A stretch of 59,358 nt of DNA, counting the filler, from Sluysia triapertura (Eukaryota), in assembly GCA_046118255.1 (NCBI GenBank). It is 5 parts of 5 records of this genome, joined end to end, with 100 filler letters (N's around TTAATTAATTAA, not from the genome) between each part and the next. Parts side by side here need not be neighbours in the genome. Positions count along the whole stretch, not along the records: positions 24,155 to 35,090 come from JBJNIA010191251.1; positions 35,191 to 48,109 come from JBJNIA010072721.1; 3 more parts are not named here. The stretch is one strand, 5' to 3'. Every line of letters starts with the position of its first letter. Positions within the stretch are counted from its first letter, which is position 1. Shown piece by piece: positions 28,787-41,429 of the stretch. The position numbers and the translations under genes were made by a program. The notes under the pieces were generated by a model that was not told the origin of the DNA, made no database searches, and was given only the letters and a program-made list of their open reading frames with translations.

Positions 28787-30719
28787 TATATTACTATTAT
28801 TATTACTATTACTATTATTGCTATTGTCAACATTGTTGTTCACTTTATAACCAAGCTTATCTTGCTCACAATTCATTAAACTTTTCTTCTTGAAAAATTA
28901 CAATCTACTAGCATAAATACTCTACAAATAAATTCCTCTATACCAAAATCACTACCACCACTAAAATACAAGTTACTTGGGCACTTCATACTAATACCAA
29001 ACTCACAATTCCTCCACGAAAAAACGCACTATTTAATACCCAACATGAAAATATTGCGGACAAAAAACACAAATTTTTCAAGCATTACTCACACAGGCGG
29101 ACATGCAAAATTTTGACCTATTGGTTCGCCACTACATTACCCCTGACTTCGATACCTAAAGATGTAAATCTCGATTCCAATAAAATTAATTCTAAAGCAA
29201 ACCGACATCAAATCAAAACCGAAAACCCCGAAATCAATACAGATTTTAATAAAAAAACCCTTGTTCCTAGTCCAAGAATAAGTTTATCACAAATCCCACA
29301 TCTTATGCGCACGCGTGTAGGGCAATACGCCATCAAGGCAAATTAAGGTAAAGAAACATCGAACAAAACCAAGATAACAAGGACAAATTTCCAAGTCACT
29401 ACCATTGATAAGAAATTCCTCATTCGTAAGAAACAGACAAGGAACCATTTCCTGTACAAAAGAGTTACCAGAAGAATCACAAATCTCAAGCTACTATTGC
29501 TCTCCTAAATAAACAATGACCACCAATAGGATTACCTCACAACAATGAAGCCTCTCATGAGATTGAAGTGTCACCTTCTCTAGATGGAAGCCAGGTAAAC
29601 CACAAATTAATTCATAACTCTGCTAAAACAAACACTAGACTAAAGTCAATTTTGAAAAACACCCAACAATTTGGACAACAGAATGCTAAGAAATTGACAA
29701 GTCCTCGTAAAATCAGCCATCAAACAAAAGTCAATACTATTCTCAACAAGAAAACTTTCAAGGACTAAACAATCGCAACCTGCGCTGAGCAATACAAACT
29801 TAAGGTTGATCCCTCAACTAAAATAAAATCAATATATTCTCTTACTAATCACAGAGATGTACGGGAACACTTATCATCTGAACAATACAATATCACCAGA
29901 GGATCCACCATTTCAATAAATCATAAACTACCGGGCGGCATGGATGACGATCGTGAATTTACATCACTTCAATCAACAGAAACACTTACTAATGTCGCTT
30001 TGTCATCGCCAAAATGGGTTTTTCCTCGACGAGTTAGGTTCTCCTAAGACCTGAGTCATGGTAGTCGAGGCGATATTTAAAAGTAACTCCACTAAGCATC
30101 AAAAAGCTAAGTTTAACCAAACGTTATCAATGCACCCACAAACTTTACTGAGTAAACTTAGCACTAAAATGCAAGGCTATATTCAATCTAAAACCGCTCA
30201 TGATGATCTTAAAAATATCATCAAAATGACCAAAAGGTTTCTTTCAAAGATAAGGATCGACTTGGAACCTTTTCGATGCGACACTGACGAATCATGACGT
30301 TCTAAAACGATTATAGTATGACCAATAAGTATTATAAAAAAATTAAATGCATAGAAGAAATTAGACATATCACGATACATAAAATGAAATTTAGTTATTT
30401 TTGATTAATTGAACATCGCGGAAAAAACTGTTGGGTGAAATTAACGTGAAATAGATATTATAGAATGGAATTAAAAAATTAATTGACCATAATATAATTG
30501 TAGTAAAGGATAATATATAAAACAAGTCAAAAATAAAGTAACACACTTTTTAAAGTTATTTCGGTTTTATTGAAAATTAGCAATCATCTATAGTCATCGA
30601 AATTTCGTTAATTTTAAATAATTGTGAAATTGAAAAAGTATTTTCACAATTATTAAATTGTTGGTCGAAAATTGTAGTGGCCAACACCCATAATTCAAAA
30701 ATTTTCTAAAATCTCAACT

Positions 30720-31420
30720 TTTAAATAACAATCACACTTAACATTATCAAATCACAACAGTTTGTTCGCAAAAAACATAAAATCTAAATTAACTACATTT
30801 CACACTACCGAATTACATTAACCCATGCATAATAAACAATATTCGACATTTATAATAATTCAACAACATAGACATATCAAACAATTCGTCTAATACTCTC
30901 AATCATTACTTTAAACTATATTTTGATAATTAATACCGAATAATCCATAACATTCACTTAATAGTCATCCTCCCAAACCAAATCACAATCACAACATATA
31001 ACACTTAAACCATAAATACATTAACACCATTTAATGATATTAACAAGTACCTGAAATTTAGAAAATATTACGTTACAATCTCGAATCAATTACACGAAGC
31101 CAAACTCATTTCATCCACACATAATCACCACCAACCTTTTACAACAGCATTGTAAATACGCCAAGATTATTTTGTAATTGCCTTTTAAACTTAATAAACT
31201 ATAACCTTTTATCAAGCCTTTCAAATCATTATATATAATGCATAAATACTATTTTTAATTGTAAACCTTAAATTAATTTATTAATTTAAATTAAAATAAA
31301 TTAATTTATTCCATTTACAACTTAAATCATTTCTTTGTCTTTACAAAATAAAATTTATACAGCACTAAATGAATTAAATTCAGAAATGAAGCAGCAACGA
31401 CAACTAGAGCATAATGTACC
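30720..31420 (+). repeat. Repeat family C copy
   Basis: Homologous to the inverted copies at 24155-24765 and 34045-34435. Confidence 0.7.
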
Positions 31421-31540
31421 ATGTTACCGTTGCTACTTCATTTATTATCAACAGCTTTTATCTTTCATTTTTATCTCAATATGTAAGAAATAAAGAATTC
31501 GATAGAAAAGCTTGTGTAAATTTTAAAAGAAAGATTTATG

Positions 31541-31671
31541 NNNNNNNNNNNNNNNNNNNNNNNNNNNNNNNNNNNNNNNNNNNNNNNNNNNNNNNNNNNN
31601 NNNNNNNNNNNNNNNNNNNNNNNNNNNNNNNNNNNNNNNNNNNNNNNNNNNNNNNNNNNNNNNNNNNNNNN
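31541..31671. other. Scaffold gap (131 N, no linker)
   Basis: Directly visible. Confidence 0.98.
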
Positions 31672-32031
31672 TTCAAATTGAGCTGAATAAAATCGTCTGT
31701 GTTACCGCCATCATCAAGTGTTGTGATTTATTCAATTAAAAATTAACTAACTGAGCGAATTGGTTGTCCAATCAAATCAGGTATTATACTGATTCTTACT
31801 AAGCGATTTGGTTGGACAACCAATCAAGTTTAAAGGTATGAAAGAGTAGTCATAAATAAAAATAAATGTTTAATAGTTAAAAGAAAATAAAAATAAAAAA
31901 GTTTAAAAAATTTCTGTCTCAATTTTTGCAGTGTCAATCTTAGAATAATTTAAAACACGATAAAAAATAACTCTCACTTTATTTCTTGTTGAAATTATGG
32001 AAATTGATGTTACGAGTTTAGCTGCAAAGAT

Positions 32032-32775
32032 ATGTTTGGTTTGGATATTCATAAAAATACTTTTGTTCCAACTAATACATGTCATTTTATAACCTGTGTA
32101 TTATCGTCATTAACGGTTTATAGAGATAGTGCTGAATTATCGAGATATGTAAGACCAAAATTAGTAACTGACAAGATGTTAATTATATTGTTTAAAGAAA
32201 TATCACCAATGGTTGATAAAGATTTATTTAATAATAAAAGTTTATCTCAAACCGATCGAAAAATTTCGGGTAAGCTTGATAGAATTAAATATAGTGGTTG
32301 TCTATTCGAATTGATGTCACATAATAGTGCAAAATGTATTGGCATCACTGTATTGATATATTATTTAGATCTACCAATTGTAAATATCATTTCTTTATCA
32401 TATACTATGAAATTATCTACTCATAAGTGTAATAAAAAGAATATCACAATCGTCGTTGATGAAAGACAACGTAATTCAGATAACTATGGATGTCTACTCT
32501 TGAGACATAATAACTTTGTTAATCGTTATTTTTACTGTTACAATGAAGTGCATCGTATTGTTGAAGGCAGTAAGTATTTAAACAATATTAGTATATTTCT
32601 AGAATTTGTTCTAAACGAAACTATATTTATTGTGAATTTATCATATAATGAAACGATTTTAAAAGTTTATAAAGAAATTAAATTTGATAATTTTTATAAA
32701 TGCTATGAGAATTACATTGTTCAGAAAAGCATTAACTATGATCAAGATAATAAGAACAAAGAAGTAAAAACTTAA
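32032..32775 (+). CDS. 247-aa intronless ORF with an N-terminal DUF4140 (F37C4.5-like) fragment
   Basis: 'LSSLTVYRDSAELSRYVRPKL...IILFKEISPMVDKD' resembles the DUF4140 start 'I.SVTVY.DRAEV.R.V...L..G..EI.I..LS..ID.DS'. The remainder is unrecognised. Confidence 0.45.
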   Translation: MFGLDIHKNTFVPTNTCHFITCVLSSLTVYRDSAELSRYVRPKLVTDKMLIILFKEISPMVDKDLFNNKSLSQTDRKISGKLDRIKYSGCLFELMSHNSAKCIGITVLIYYLDLPIVNIISLSYTMKLSTHKCNKKNITIVVDERQRNSDNYGCLLLRHNNFVNRYFYCYNEVHRIVEGSKYLNNISIFLEFVLNETIFIVNLSYNETILKVYKEIKFDNFYKCYENYIVQKSINYDQDNKNKEVKT

Positions 32776-32793
32776 AGTTCATCCAACGTTTTA

Positions 32794-33078
32794 ATGTCGT
32801 TAACAACTAACATAAATTATATATGTATGATAAAGATTACAAAGTCTTTTTACCAATACAAGTACAAGAATGTTAAGATAAAAATGAATTCTGCAATCTG
32901 TGATATTGCTTTCTGCCCATTTTCTTCAACTGGTTTAGGAGTTTGCTCAAAATATGAAGATAAATGTAAATATGTACACGGTATGAATGATGGGCAAATC
33001 ATGGAACTAGTTAAAAGCATCAAGTTGGCGACTTCTAAATTTATAACAAACCATCATAGTGATACTCTAATAAAGTAA
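32794..33078 (+). CDS. Short ORF with one CCCH zinc finger (makorin-like)
   Basis: 'FCPFSSTGLGVCSKYEDKCKYVHG' resembles the recalled makorin finger 'LCPYAAVGECRYGENCVYLHG'. Confidence 0.4.
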   Translation: MSLTTNINYICMIKITKSFYQYKYKNVKIKMNSAICDIAFCPFSSTGLGVCSKYEDKCKYVHGMNDGQIMELVKSIKLATSKFITNHHSDTLIK

Positions 33079-33121
33079 AATTTAACTTAATTTTTGACCA
33101 TAATGATGATTTTATTAAATT

Positions 33122-33634
33122 TTATTCAGGTAGTGTTTGGGGGTAATTTATGTTTCGATGTTTGCAACCAATTTGGAATTTTAGTATCAAGAGTAATTTA
33201 CACCAGTTTAGGGTGTATATGGTTGCTGACTTCTTATAGAGATCTAGAATCTTATTATTATTATTTGAAATTGAACAATTCAAGTCTTTAGATGTTATAC
33301 TTTTATATTGTAACTGAAAATTATAGTCTACAAGTGGTAAGGCTTCACTTTTAGCAGTTAGATTGCAGTATTGATATTTAACAAGATCTCTATTTTTAAA
33401 GAAATGTTTTATTGAGTCTATTTTTATTTGGCTGAATAATATTTTCAAACAATTGTTACAGAAACAATCAATTATATATTTATGACATTTACAACAATTA
33501 AGACCTATTAAATTACTCATTTTTATTATCAAATTTAAATCAGTTTTGATTGTTATTGTCCTTGGCACTACCTCCTTCGGTGTTTCATCGGATCCAGTTC
33601 TGAAATAATGTCCTAAAAATATATAATATAACAA
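33122..33634 (-). CDS. 170-aa ORF or exon with a degenerate B-box-like Cys cluster
   Basis: 'CCKCHKYIIDCFCNNCLKIL' fits C-x2-C...FC-x2-C. There is a possible acceptor near 33613 and a possible upstream exon at 33727-33915. Confidence 0.3.
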   Translation of the reverse strand: MLYYIFLGHYFRTGSDETPKEVVPRTITIKTDLNLIIKMSNLIGLNCCKCHKYIIDCFCNNCLKILFSQIKIDSIKHFFKNRDLVKYQYCNLTAKSEALPLVDYNFQLQYKSITSKDLNCSISNNNNKILDLYKKSATIYTLNWCKLLLILKFQIGCKHRNINYPQTLPE

Positions 33635-34044
33635 CAGGATTTATAATAAATAAAATAAAATTTTACTATTTGTTCATTATGGGATGGTTTTTTCTGTAAC
33701 GAATTCCGAATAATTCTCTGGATGCATCATTTTGTTGAAGAATAGTACAACATATCGTCGACTTTATGGTTCTTGAAACATTCATCAGCCTGCGAACAGG
33801 TAACATCTAGTTCTATCGTATTTTTAAAAGGTATTTGAAATACATCGATTTGAGTCATTAACTTGGTCATCATGTTTTCTAACAATTCGTACGAATAAAT
33901 TTTCATATAGACCATTTTGATTGCAGTGAGGTACTTTGATATAAGATTTACTTAATTACTATAATTCGAAACTAAAGTGCTGTCAATAAAATATGACAGT
34001 TGATTAGAGTTATCAACTTCCATAATTTTTTTCGTTTCGAGTAG

Positions 34045-34435
34045 ATTTATTGGTGTTGTGAAATGGTATTAAATGTAATTGTGGTTTAAGTGTTATAAGT
34101 TTATGATTGTGACTTGGTTTGAGCAAATAAACTATTGAATAAATGTTATTAATTATTAGGTATTGATTGTTAAAGTGTAGTGTAAAATAAAGGGTTCGAA
34201 AGTATTACATGGATTATTTCGAATGAGTTTGTTGTTGGATTATTGTGAATGTCGAGTAATGTTTCTGGTGAATTAGTTGATGTGAATTGGTAATGTTGAA
34301 TATAATTGTGATTTATATGTTGTAGAATTGTGAATACAATTTGATTTTAAGGAATATGTAATAGATGAATGTGTGACTGTTGAGATGTAATGAAATGAAA
34401 AGGAAAAAAACTTTAGTGGTTAGTAAGGTTATTAA
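34045..34435 (-). repeat. Repeat family C copy, inverted relative to 30720-31050
   Basis: The reverse complement shares tcgacatt...caacaaca...tcacaatca...tataacacttaaacca with 30843-31013. Confidence 0.7.
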
Positions 34436-34884
34436 GTCTGAAAGGGTCATGCAGACTTTGACGTCTAGATATAAAAATTTTAATTCTTCATTGTAATAAT
34501 AAATATTTTTTAGTTGGTGTATCTTTTATTGTTAATCGAATTTATAATGACATTTTAAATTTTAAGATAATATTTAATGACAATATAAAGAATACAATAA
34601 AGAAAGTTTTAATTACGATTTTATTAAAAATAGAATCTTTTGTAAATAAACATACAGTTGTAACATATCCATCAAACGTAATAATACCAAAGTCACAATC
34701 ATAAAGTCAAACTTATTTCAAAAGTTCCACCCCAATGAGATAATAATGGAATACTGAGAAACGTCTTCCAGTATAAATCAACAGTTCTTGAAATTAAAGG
34801 TACGCTAAGACATTAAAGGTACAGACAAAAGGACTACAATAAGCTCACATAGGATTATTTATATTATTTTACTAATAATACTGA

Positions 34885-35090
34885 TTATATGCTGATGACG
34901 TGCAAATATATACTGAATTTGAAATGAACAACATAGAAAATACTATTCTAGGAACAAAAGAACTAGTATCTGAATTGATAAAATGGTTTGGAAATAAATA
35001 CTTGAAAATCAACGAAGAAAAGTCAGAATTTATAATCTTCAGTAATAAAAATAGCGACAATGCCAAAATAAATGAAGCAAAGTTAATTGT
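34885..35090 (+). mobile_element. L2 LINE reverse-transcriptase fragment, cut by the spacer
   Basis: 'YADDVQIY...WFGNKYLKINEEKSEFIIF'. About 60 bp is identical to the reverse complement of 48210-48270. Confidence 0.9.
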
Positions 35091-35190
35091 NNNNNNNNNN
35101 NNNNNNNNNNNNNNNNNNNNNNNNNNNNNNNNNNTTAATTAATTAANNNNNNNNNNNNNNNNNNNNNNNNNNNNNNNNNNNNNNNNNNNN
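35091..35190. other. Assembly spacer N44-TTAATTAATTAA-N44
   Basis: Same 100-bp linker. Confidence 0.97.
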
Positions 35191-35241
35191 CCGCGGAGGC
35201 AAATCATGCGGCCCGTAAAGCAAAAAGGTTTGACACCACTG
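35191..35241. mobile_element. End of a hAT (Charlie-type) non-autonomous element
   Basis: 'TGCGGCCC...GGTTTGACACCACTG' terminus, followed by CTCTAGAA, which matches the nTCTAGAn target preference. Confidence 0.7.
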
Positions 35242-38200
35242 CTCTAGAATAAGACTTTCAGTTCATTGAAATATTTCAACTTATTATTCGCTAAAATATG
35301 AACATTTCGTTTACTTTAGCATATTTAGAATTTTTCCTGAATAAAATAAAAATATATTAGATTTACAAATAATAATAATAATTTATTTATTAAATTATTT
35401 ATTTTTTAAACATATCTCTTCTTGCAATTATAATAAATTTATAATAAAATAATATTATAACTTTTAATAAATTTGAAGACATTCGCAACAATTAAAAAAT
35501 AAAATAATAGCTAAAAATAAATTTAAAAAATAATTTAAAATATTTTCAAGTAAAAGAAATAATAATTATTCTTATGAATAATAATAATGATAATAATAAT
35601 AATAAGTGAGACCTATAACTAAACTAAAGATAACTTAAATTAAAATAATTATTAAAAAAAATTAATAATATTTTAAATTAAAAATATATTAATTTAAATT
35701 TTAATATTTATTATTTAATTTTAATTTTAATTAATAATATTTAATTTAAGTTCAAAAAATTAAAAAATATTTTGATAAACTAAAACAATGTATCGTGAAA
35801 ATATTTTAAAAAGAAAACGAAAAATCAAATAGAACTCACCACATTTCATTAGCACGATGTAAATAAATAAATTGTATGGCCGAAGATTTACTGTAGAATT
35901 AGATTAACTTTTATACTGAAACTCTTTGCCAAATATTCACAAAACTTCCAATTATAACAGGAATGATGCTTTGGGAATTTACCTAGAAGATAATGACGCT
36001 ATTTACGAATGAAATGACAAATGATAGTTAACTTTATTAAGTAAGCGAGATAAAATGAATTTTGAATTAGAGTTTGTTAAATCGAATATTTAAGATAATT
36101 TTTATTTACTAAAGAATTCGTGTAAAAAATTATTTCGAATTAAAGAAAAACAGAAATATTTACGAATAAATTTTTATAATAAAAATGATATTCGATTTTA
36201 AGTAATATCGTGGAATCGAAAAGTAGAAAATTTTCGAACATTGAAAATTTTGTATAGATTAATTTAATATAATAAACCTTTGATACGATATGGTAGAATG
36301 TGGATAATTAAAATTATCTTTAATAAGAAATGTTACTGTGAATAAAAGAAATTAATTATTTTTGTTTTATTATTATTATTATTAGTTCTGTTTTCACAAC
36401 ACATAATAAGACTTATCATATTATTTTAAAACACGAATATAATATGTATATAAATCTATTGAATTTGCACGGTTTCAAAGGTACATTTACGACTGCAAAT
36501 GCTAAAATTTTAAAAATGGTTTTAATTGTTTTAAACACCTCATTTAATTCTTATTTAATATTTAATCGGAATTATTTTCTGATCCGGATATATTGTTTTT
36601 GCTCCCTGTCAATGTGTATATTCATTGTTTGGCATGAGATCAACTTTTATATCAATAATCAATATTTCAATAAAATTTATGATTGCATGTGTTTAAAGAA
36701 GAAGAGTAGAAAAGTAACTTTATTATTGATTGTGATATTATTCCAACTTATATTCCAATTTAAAAACAACTGTTTTAATAAATTTGTAATTCAGTAATAT
36801 AAAGATTATTTATTATTAATTAATTTAGTAATATTAACTTAATTATTTTATTGAATTTATTATTTCTTGTTTTCACCAAAATCAATGAATAAAATTCGAA
36901 AGTAAACTTTTTTACATCATTTTAAAATTTCAACAATAAATTTGAGAAAATTTCTTATCAATATAAATAGAAATTATTTCGATGCTTCTTTTACAATAAT
37001 AATAATAAAATTGAAAAAATATAGTTGCCGGAAGATATATTTCTCACAGACAGATGCAAAAAATAATTAAAAATTTAAATAATTAAATAAGTCTTTTTTC
37101 TGAGATTTAAAGTATATTTTACTATTACAACCGAAGTATGATACTGACTGAACCATCTGTCATAATCAAAGAGTTTGTCAGAGTGGCACTTTCAGAACTT
37201 TAATTGAAATTGGCACTTTTAGTACTTTTATTCAAAGTGGCACTTTTATTTAAAAATAAAGAGTACTTTATCATGAATTAAGGAATACTAAAATTATAAA
37301 TTAATTAATGATTTTAGAATACTTTTCAAATAATGCACACTGAATTTTTGTATAAAATTTAATGTGATTTAATTTGAATTGATAAGCATTTTTAGAATAA
37401 TCAATAAATTGAATAAATGAAAATAATGTAAGATATTTTGTTGTAATTGTTTTTAAATTATATGCGAGTTTCTGACGATGTCAGGTTTATTCACTTAAGG
37501 GCATATAAAAGATAATTAGTGGAGAAAAGTTATATTTGTTAAGTTTTTTAAACCACCAGAAAGTGTCAAAGTACGAGAAAGATTTGCTAAATTGAATAGT
37601 AATTTTACATAAGATTCCGATTTAAAAGGATATGTAAATGAAATATATAAGGTAAATTTTAAATGAAAATTAAATCTACATAAGTTATTTGCAAGAAAAA
37701 TTAAATCGAATAGGCAATTAATTGTATACAATATTTATACATGTTCAGAAGCTTTTAATATTATTTGACAAATGAAAAAAAAATTTTAGAAGATTTTGCA
37801 GAAATTAATAACCAAAGCTATTAATTCAGACTTAAAAATTTTATAAATGAAAGTTACTACAATCAATTTAAATGATTGAATAAAACTTTAATTTAATTTA
37901 TAATTTGTACAATCTTAAAATTAATCTAACAAACGATAATTTTTTTAATAATATTAAAATTCGCAAACAAGATGACGATGATCAAAAAGAAATCATTGTG
38001 AATAGAAATTCTCTGATGATTTTAAAATTCTCTTCAGACAAATCGTTGTTAACCAAAATTTTTATAACTTTAAATAATTTCATTTATGTTATTGTGCGAC
38101 AATTTCCATATTTATATCCTCTTTTCATCATCGAATGGAAGTATAATTACAATATTCTTCATTTGGCAACAATATAACAAGTCATAAAATGACGAATGAC

Positions 38201-38341
38201 GGCCTGACAATGTAAACAGTATTTGTAATTGGGTTATTCGTCTTCCGATTTTAATTTCAATTAAAAGTGGAATATATTGAATAAGTATTTAAATTAAATA
38301 CATAAATAAAGAAAAATTAAAAAACAAATGTTTTTATTTAG

Positions 38342-38495
38342 GAAAACGAAAAAGACAAAACAAATTTATATATATCGAATATTCCAAAATCGTGGTGCAA
38401 TAAAGATAGTGATAAATTGAAAGATTTATTTTCGAAATACGGAGATATTCAGTCTGCCTTTGTAATGGTGGAGAAGTTTGGAAATAAACCTTTAG
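38342..38495 (+). CDS. Internal exon of an RRM-domain RNA-binding protein
   Basis: Bounded by TTAG and GTACGT. It reads 'KDKTNLYISNIPKSW...LKDLFSKYGDIQSAFVM...KPLG', covering RNP2 and stopping at the start of RNP1. Confidence 0.85.
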
Positions 38496-39432
38496 GTACG
38501 TGAATTATTTACTAGTAATTAAATTAAATTAATAATTTCAACTTCATTGAAATTATTTTTATATTGATTCACTTTTGATTACTGTTTTTATGTGCACCGA
38601 AATAAAAGTTTGAAAATTTTTCTTTTTAAGTTTGAAATTTTCTCTTTTCAATGATTTTTTTAATTTTTAGGAAGCAGAATAATTATTTTAAAACAATTTT
38701 ATAATTATTTTAAATATTTTTTAAATTACATTTTACAATTTATAAAAAAAGTATTCAAAAAATACACATTTTATTCTTATTTTAAATTACATTAATTTCT
38801 CTAAGAAAATTGAGGAAAAAACAAAAAAATTGATTAAAAACTAAAAAAAGATAGTTTAATTAACTTTATTGTTGTCATGGCTTAATTTTACAAATAATAA
38901 ATTTGGTTTTGAAAACATTTAAAACTATTACAAAGTAATTTCTTAAATGTGTTTATAAATAATAACCTAAATTTAGTTCAATAATTTCGAGGGGTTTATC
39001 ACCAAATAATCTGAGAATCACCTTTGGAATCTCAGATTATTTCTGCAAATTTATGCAAGAAAAAATGTAAAATTAAATTCAATTTTTTAATTATTCTTTT
39101 TTGGAAAAGAAGTACGCAATAAAACTTGAAGTAAAAATGTATTGGACTAACGACAATGATGATAATAATAATTATAATAAGTAAATAACCAGGTCATACA
39201 GCTCACACAAACTCACAAACTCAGATTAAATTCAGTGAAATCGACACTTTAATTGCAAAACATTCGAACATCATTTAGAAATGGAAAACATTTGATATAT
39301 TTATGTAGATTTCGATAAAATAGTAATTCATTATTGTTTATTATGTAAATTTCACTACTTATTTATTTTCTAGTAATATGTTACATGAAAAATGTTTGAC
39401 TTCCTGATTTTTTAAATAAATGAGAAAATTAA

Positions 39433-40423
39433 CTTTGTTATTTTATGGGTCCAGTGGACTCTCGCACGGTATGCAATGCACATATACTATTTTTGGTAGA
39501 TGGAAGGTTAAATTTTATTCCATACATTTTAATTTTTATAGGAATTTTATTTTTTTATTTTTATTTTATTTATAGAATGGTTAATCACATTGTGTAATAT
39601 ATTTCTGCTTATGCTTTTATCTGCTTTATTTATTTTTATTTTCTATATTATAACCAAACTGTGTATCGTAAGCCACATGCGACTCTTCGAAGGATTGTTT
39701 GTGGCTCTCAATAAATGTACCCGAGTTCCCTTTTCGTTTTTGTGTTATTATATTTTTAAAAAATATTATCGTTCGTATGTGTTTCAAGATGTTTTTTAAA
39801 TTATACTGGCAACAAATACGAAAGACTAAGTGCAACGTTGTAACAAATTTCATTTCCGTCCAAGTTAAGAATGATATTCATCGAAAACCGCGCGAATGAA
39901 CATAAACAGTGGCACGACATAATGGACGAGTTTATAAACTTTCATAAACTTTGATATTATGCTCCGGAGGAAACAATTTCTATCACTCTTTCTACGGATA
40001 TAATTTGTAATCTGGAATATTTTTTGCATACTTTTTTAATACGTATTTAATTGCGGCACGTGAAAAATTTATTTCAAATTTTGAATAATGGCTCGGACTA
40101 TCATGTTCTTTTACTTTTATAAGGTTCTTTCTTATTCTGTGTAGCTCCTTTACTGGCTCTGTATTTATTTTTCTTTGATTATTTCTGAGTGCACTGTTTT
40201 CTTTCACATTTTCAAAAATGTGAGTTATTTATTTATTTATTGAGTAAACATTTATTTATTTTATTAAATATTTATTATTCTGCGTTAGAGTAATTTCTTT
40301 AATAAACTAAGTAACACAGATCATTGTATATTTGTTTTTTGTGTATAGTGGATTATATTTTGTAAATCTATCTTATGTTTACATCTTCAAATGACTCCCC
40401 TGGTACGCAATGCATACGGAAAG
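39433..40423 (+). mobile_element. Decayed piggyBac element with a transposase relic
   Basis: TTAA-bounded ends, a subterminal palindrome GGGTCCAGTGGACTC, and a repeated ggtaYgcaatgca end motif. Broken peptides 'AFI...VYRKPHATL' and 'MDEFINFHKL*YYAPEETISI' resemble the region before the piggyBac 'IDE' motif. Confidence 0.55.
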
Positions 40424-41407
40424 TTAAGGATTCAATTAATGAGTTTCCGATTTTTGTCAATAAACAGCTACATTAATTAATTTAGTTTGCTACTTTACTC
40501 GAGTTCACTTTTAAATTATTAATTTAATTCAAGAAAAATAGTGGAAAAGTAAGAATTTTTAAATGTGTTATCAGAATACAAAGATAAGTATGAGTTTGGA
40601 ATTGCTTTTCATTTTCAAAAAAACTATAATTTATTATATAAGATGAACTTTAAGCTCGATATGGTGTAATAATTTTTATTATTAATATTATAAGTAAAAT
40701 ACAAAAATTGAAAATTCGAAAAAACAAAATAAGTGTGACTGGCGCCCCTGAATAATATTGCACCTGTTAACGAATTGATTTTCTCAACGAAATCATTATT
40801 AAAATACGAACAAAAATTTAATAGACAATTTTAAAATGATTGATTTAATTTTTTGTATAAATTTTTCATAGTTTTATTTACACAATGAACCACCACACAA
40901 TATAATAAACAAAGTTTACTAGTATGACTATGTGTTTTATCATATACAACGTCATTGTAAAACTATACTATATTCAACAATTATCATTAATATAGAACAG
41001 TTACTTTCACATATTTACTAAACAATAGAAATTATAATTGAAGTTATTGTACTCATTCTAAAAGGCTTTGTTTTTATAATGAAGTTTTAAATTTCGCGAA
41101 ATGTTGTGCTACTACAATATCGTATTATTTGAGGTCGTGTATTATTTTATAGAAAAAATCATGTATTGTCTGTGTCAAAATATCAAAGTTAATTGACTGT
41201 GATCCGAATTAGTGATATTTATATACGTATTCTTTTTTTTTACCGAAAACCCTGTTTGTTTTTAAGTGTTGATATATTATTTCCTGTTTCCAATTTAAAT
41301 AAAAACATAATTTTATATATAAATTTGAGCATATTATGTATGAATAATAATTCTGTATTTTAATTTTTTGTTTACTAAGAATGACTCAAATTATCGTGCA
41401 TTTAGAA

Positions 41408-41429
41408 ACACACACACACACACACACAC
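41408..41429. repeat. (CA)n microsatellite
   Basis: Directly visible. Confidence 0.95.

Noticed and set aside
33122-33634. Fanzor/TnpB zinc finger
   Set aside because: CxxC pairs are present but no RuvC motifs (D.G, E, RD.NAA.N) were seen.
35840-35985. Possible minus-strand exon(s) ending in a strong GTGAGT donor, with a 26-nt intron
   Set aside because: The frame is ambiguous and no protein is recognisable.
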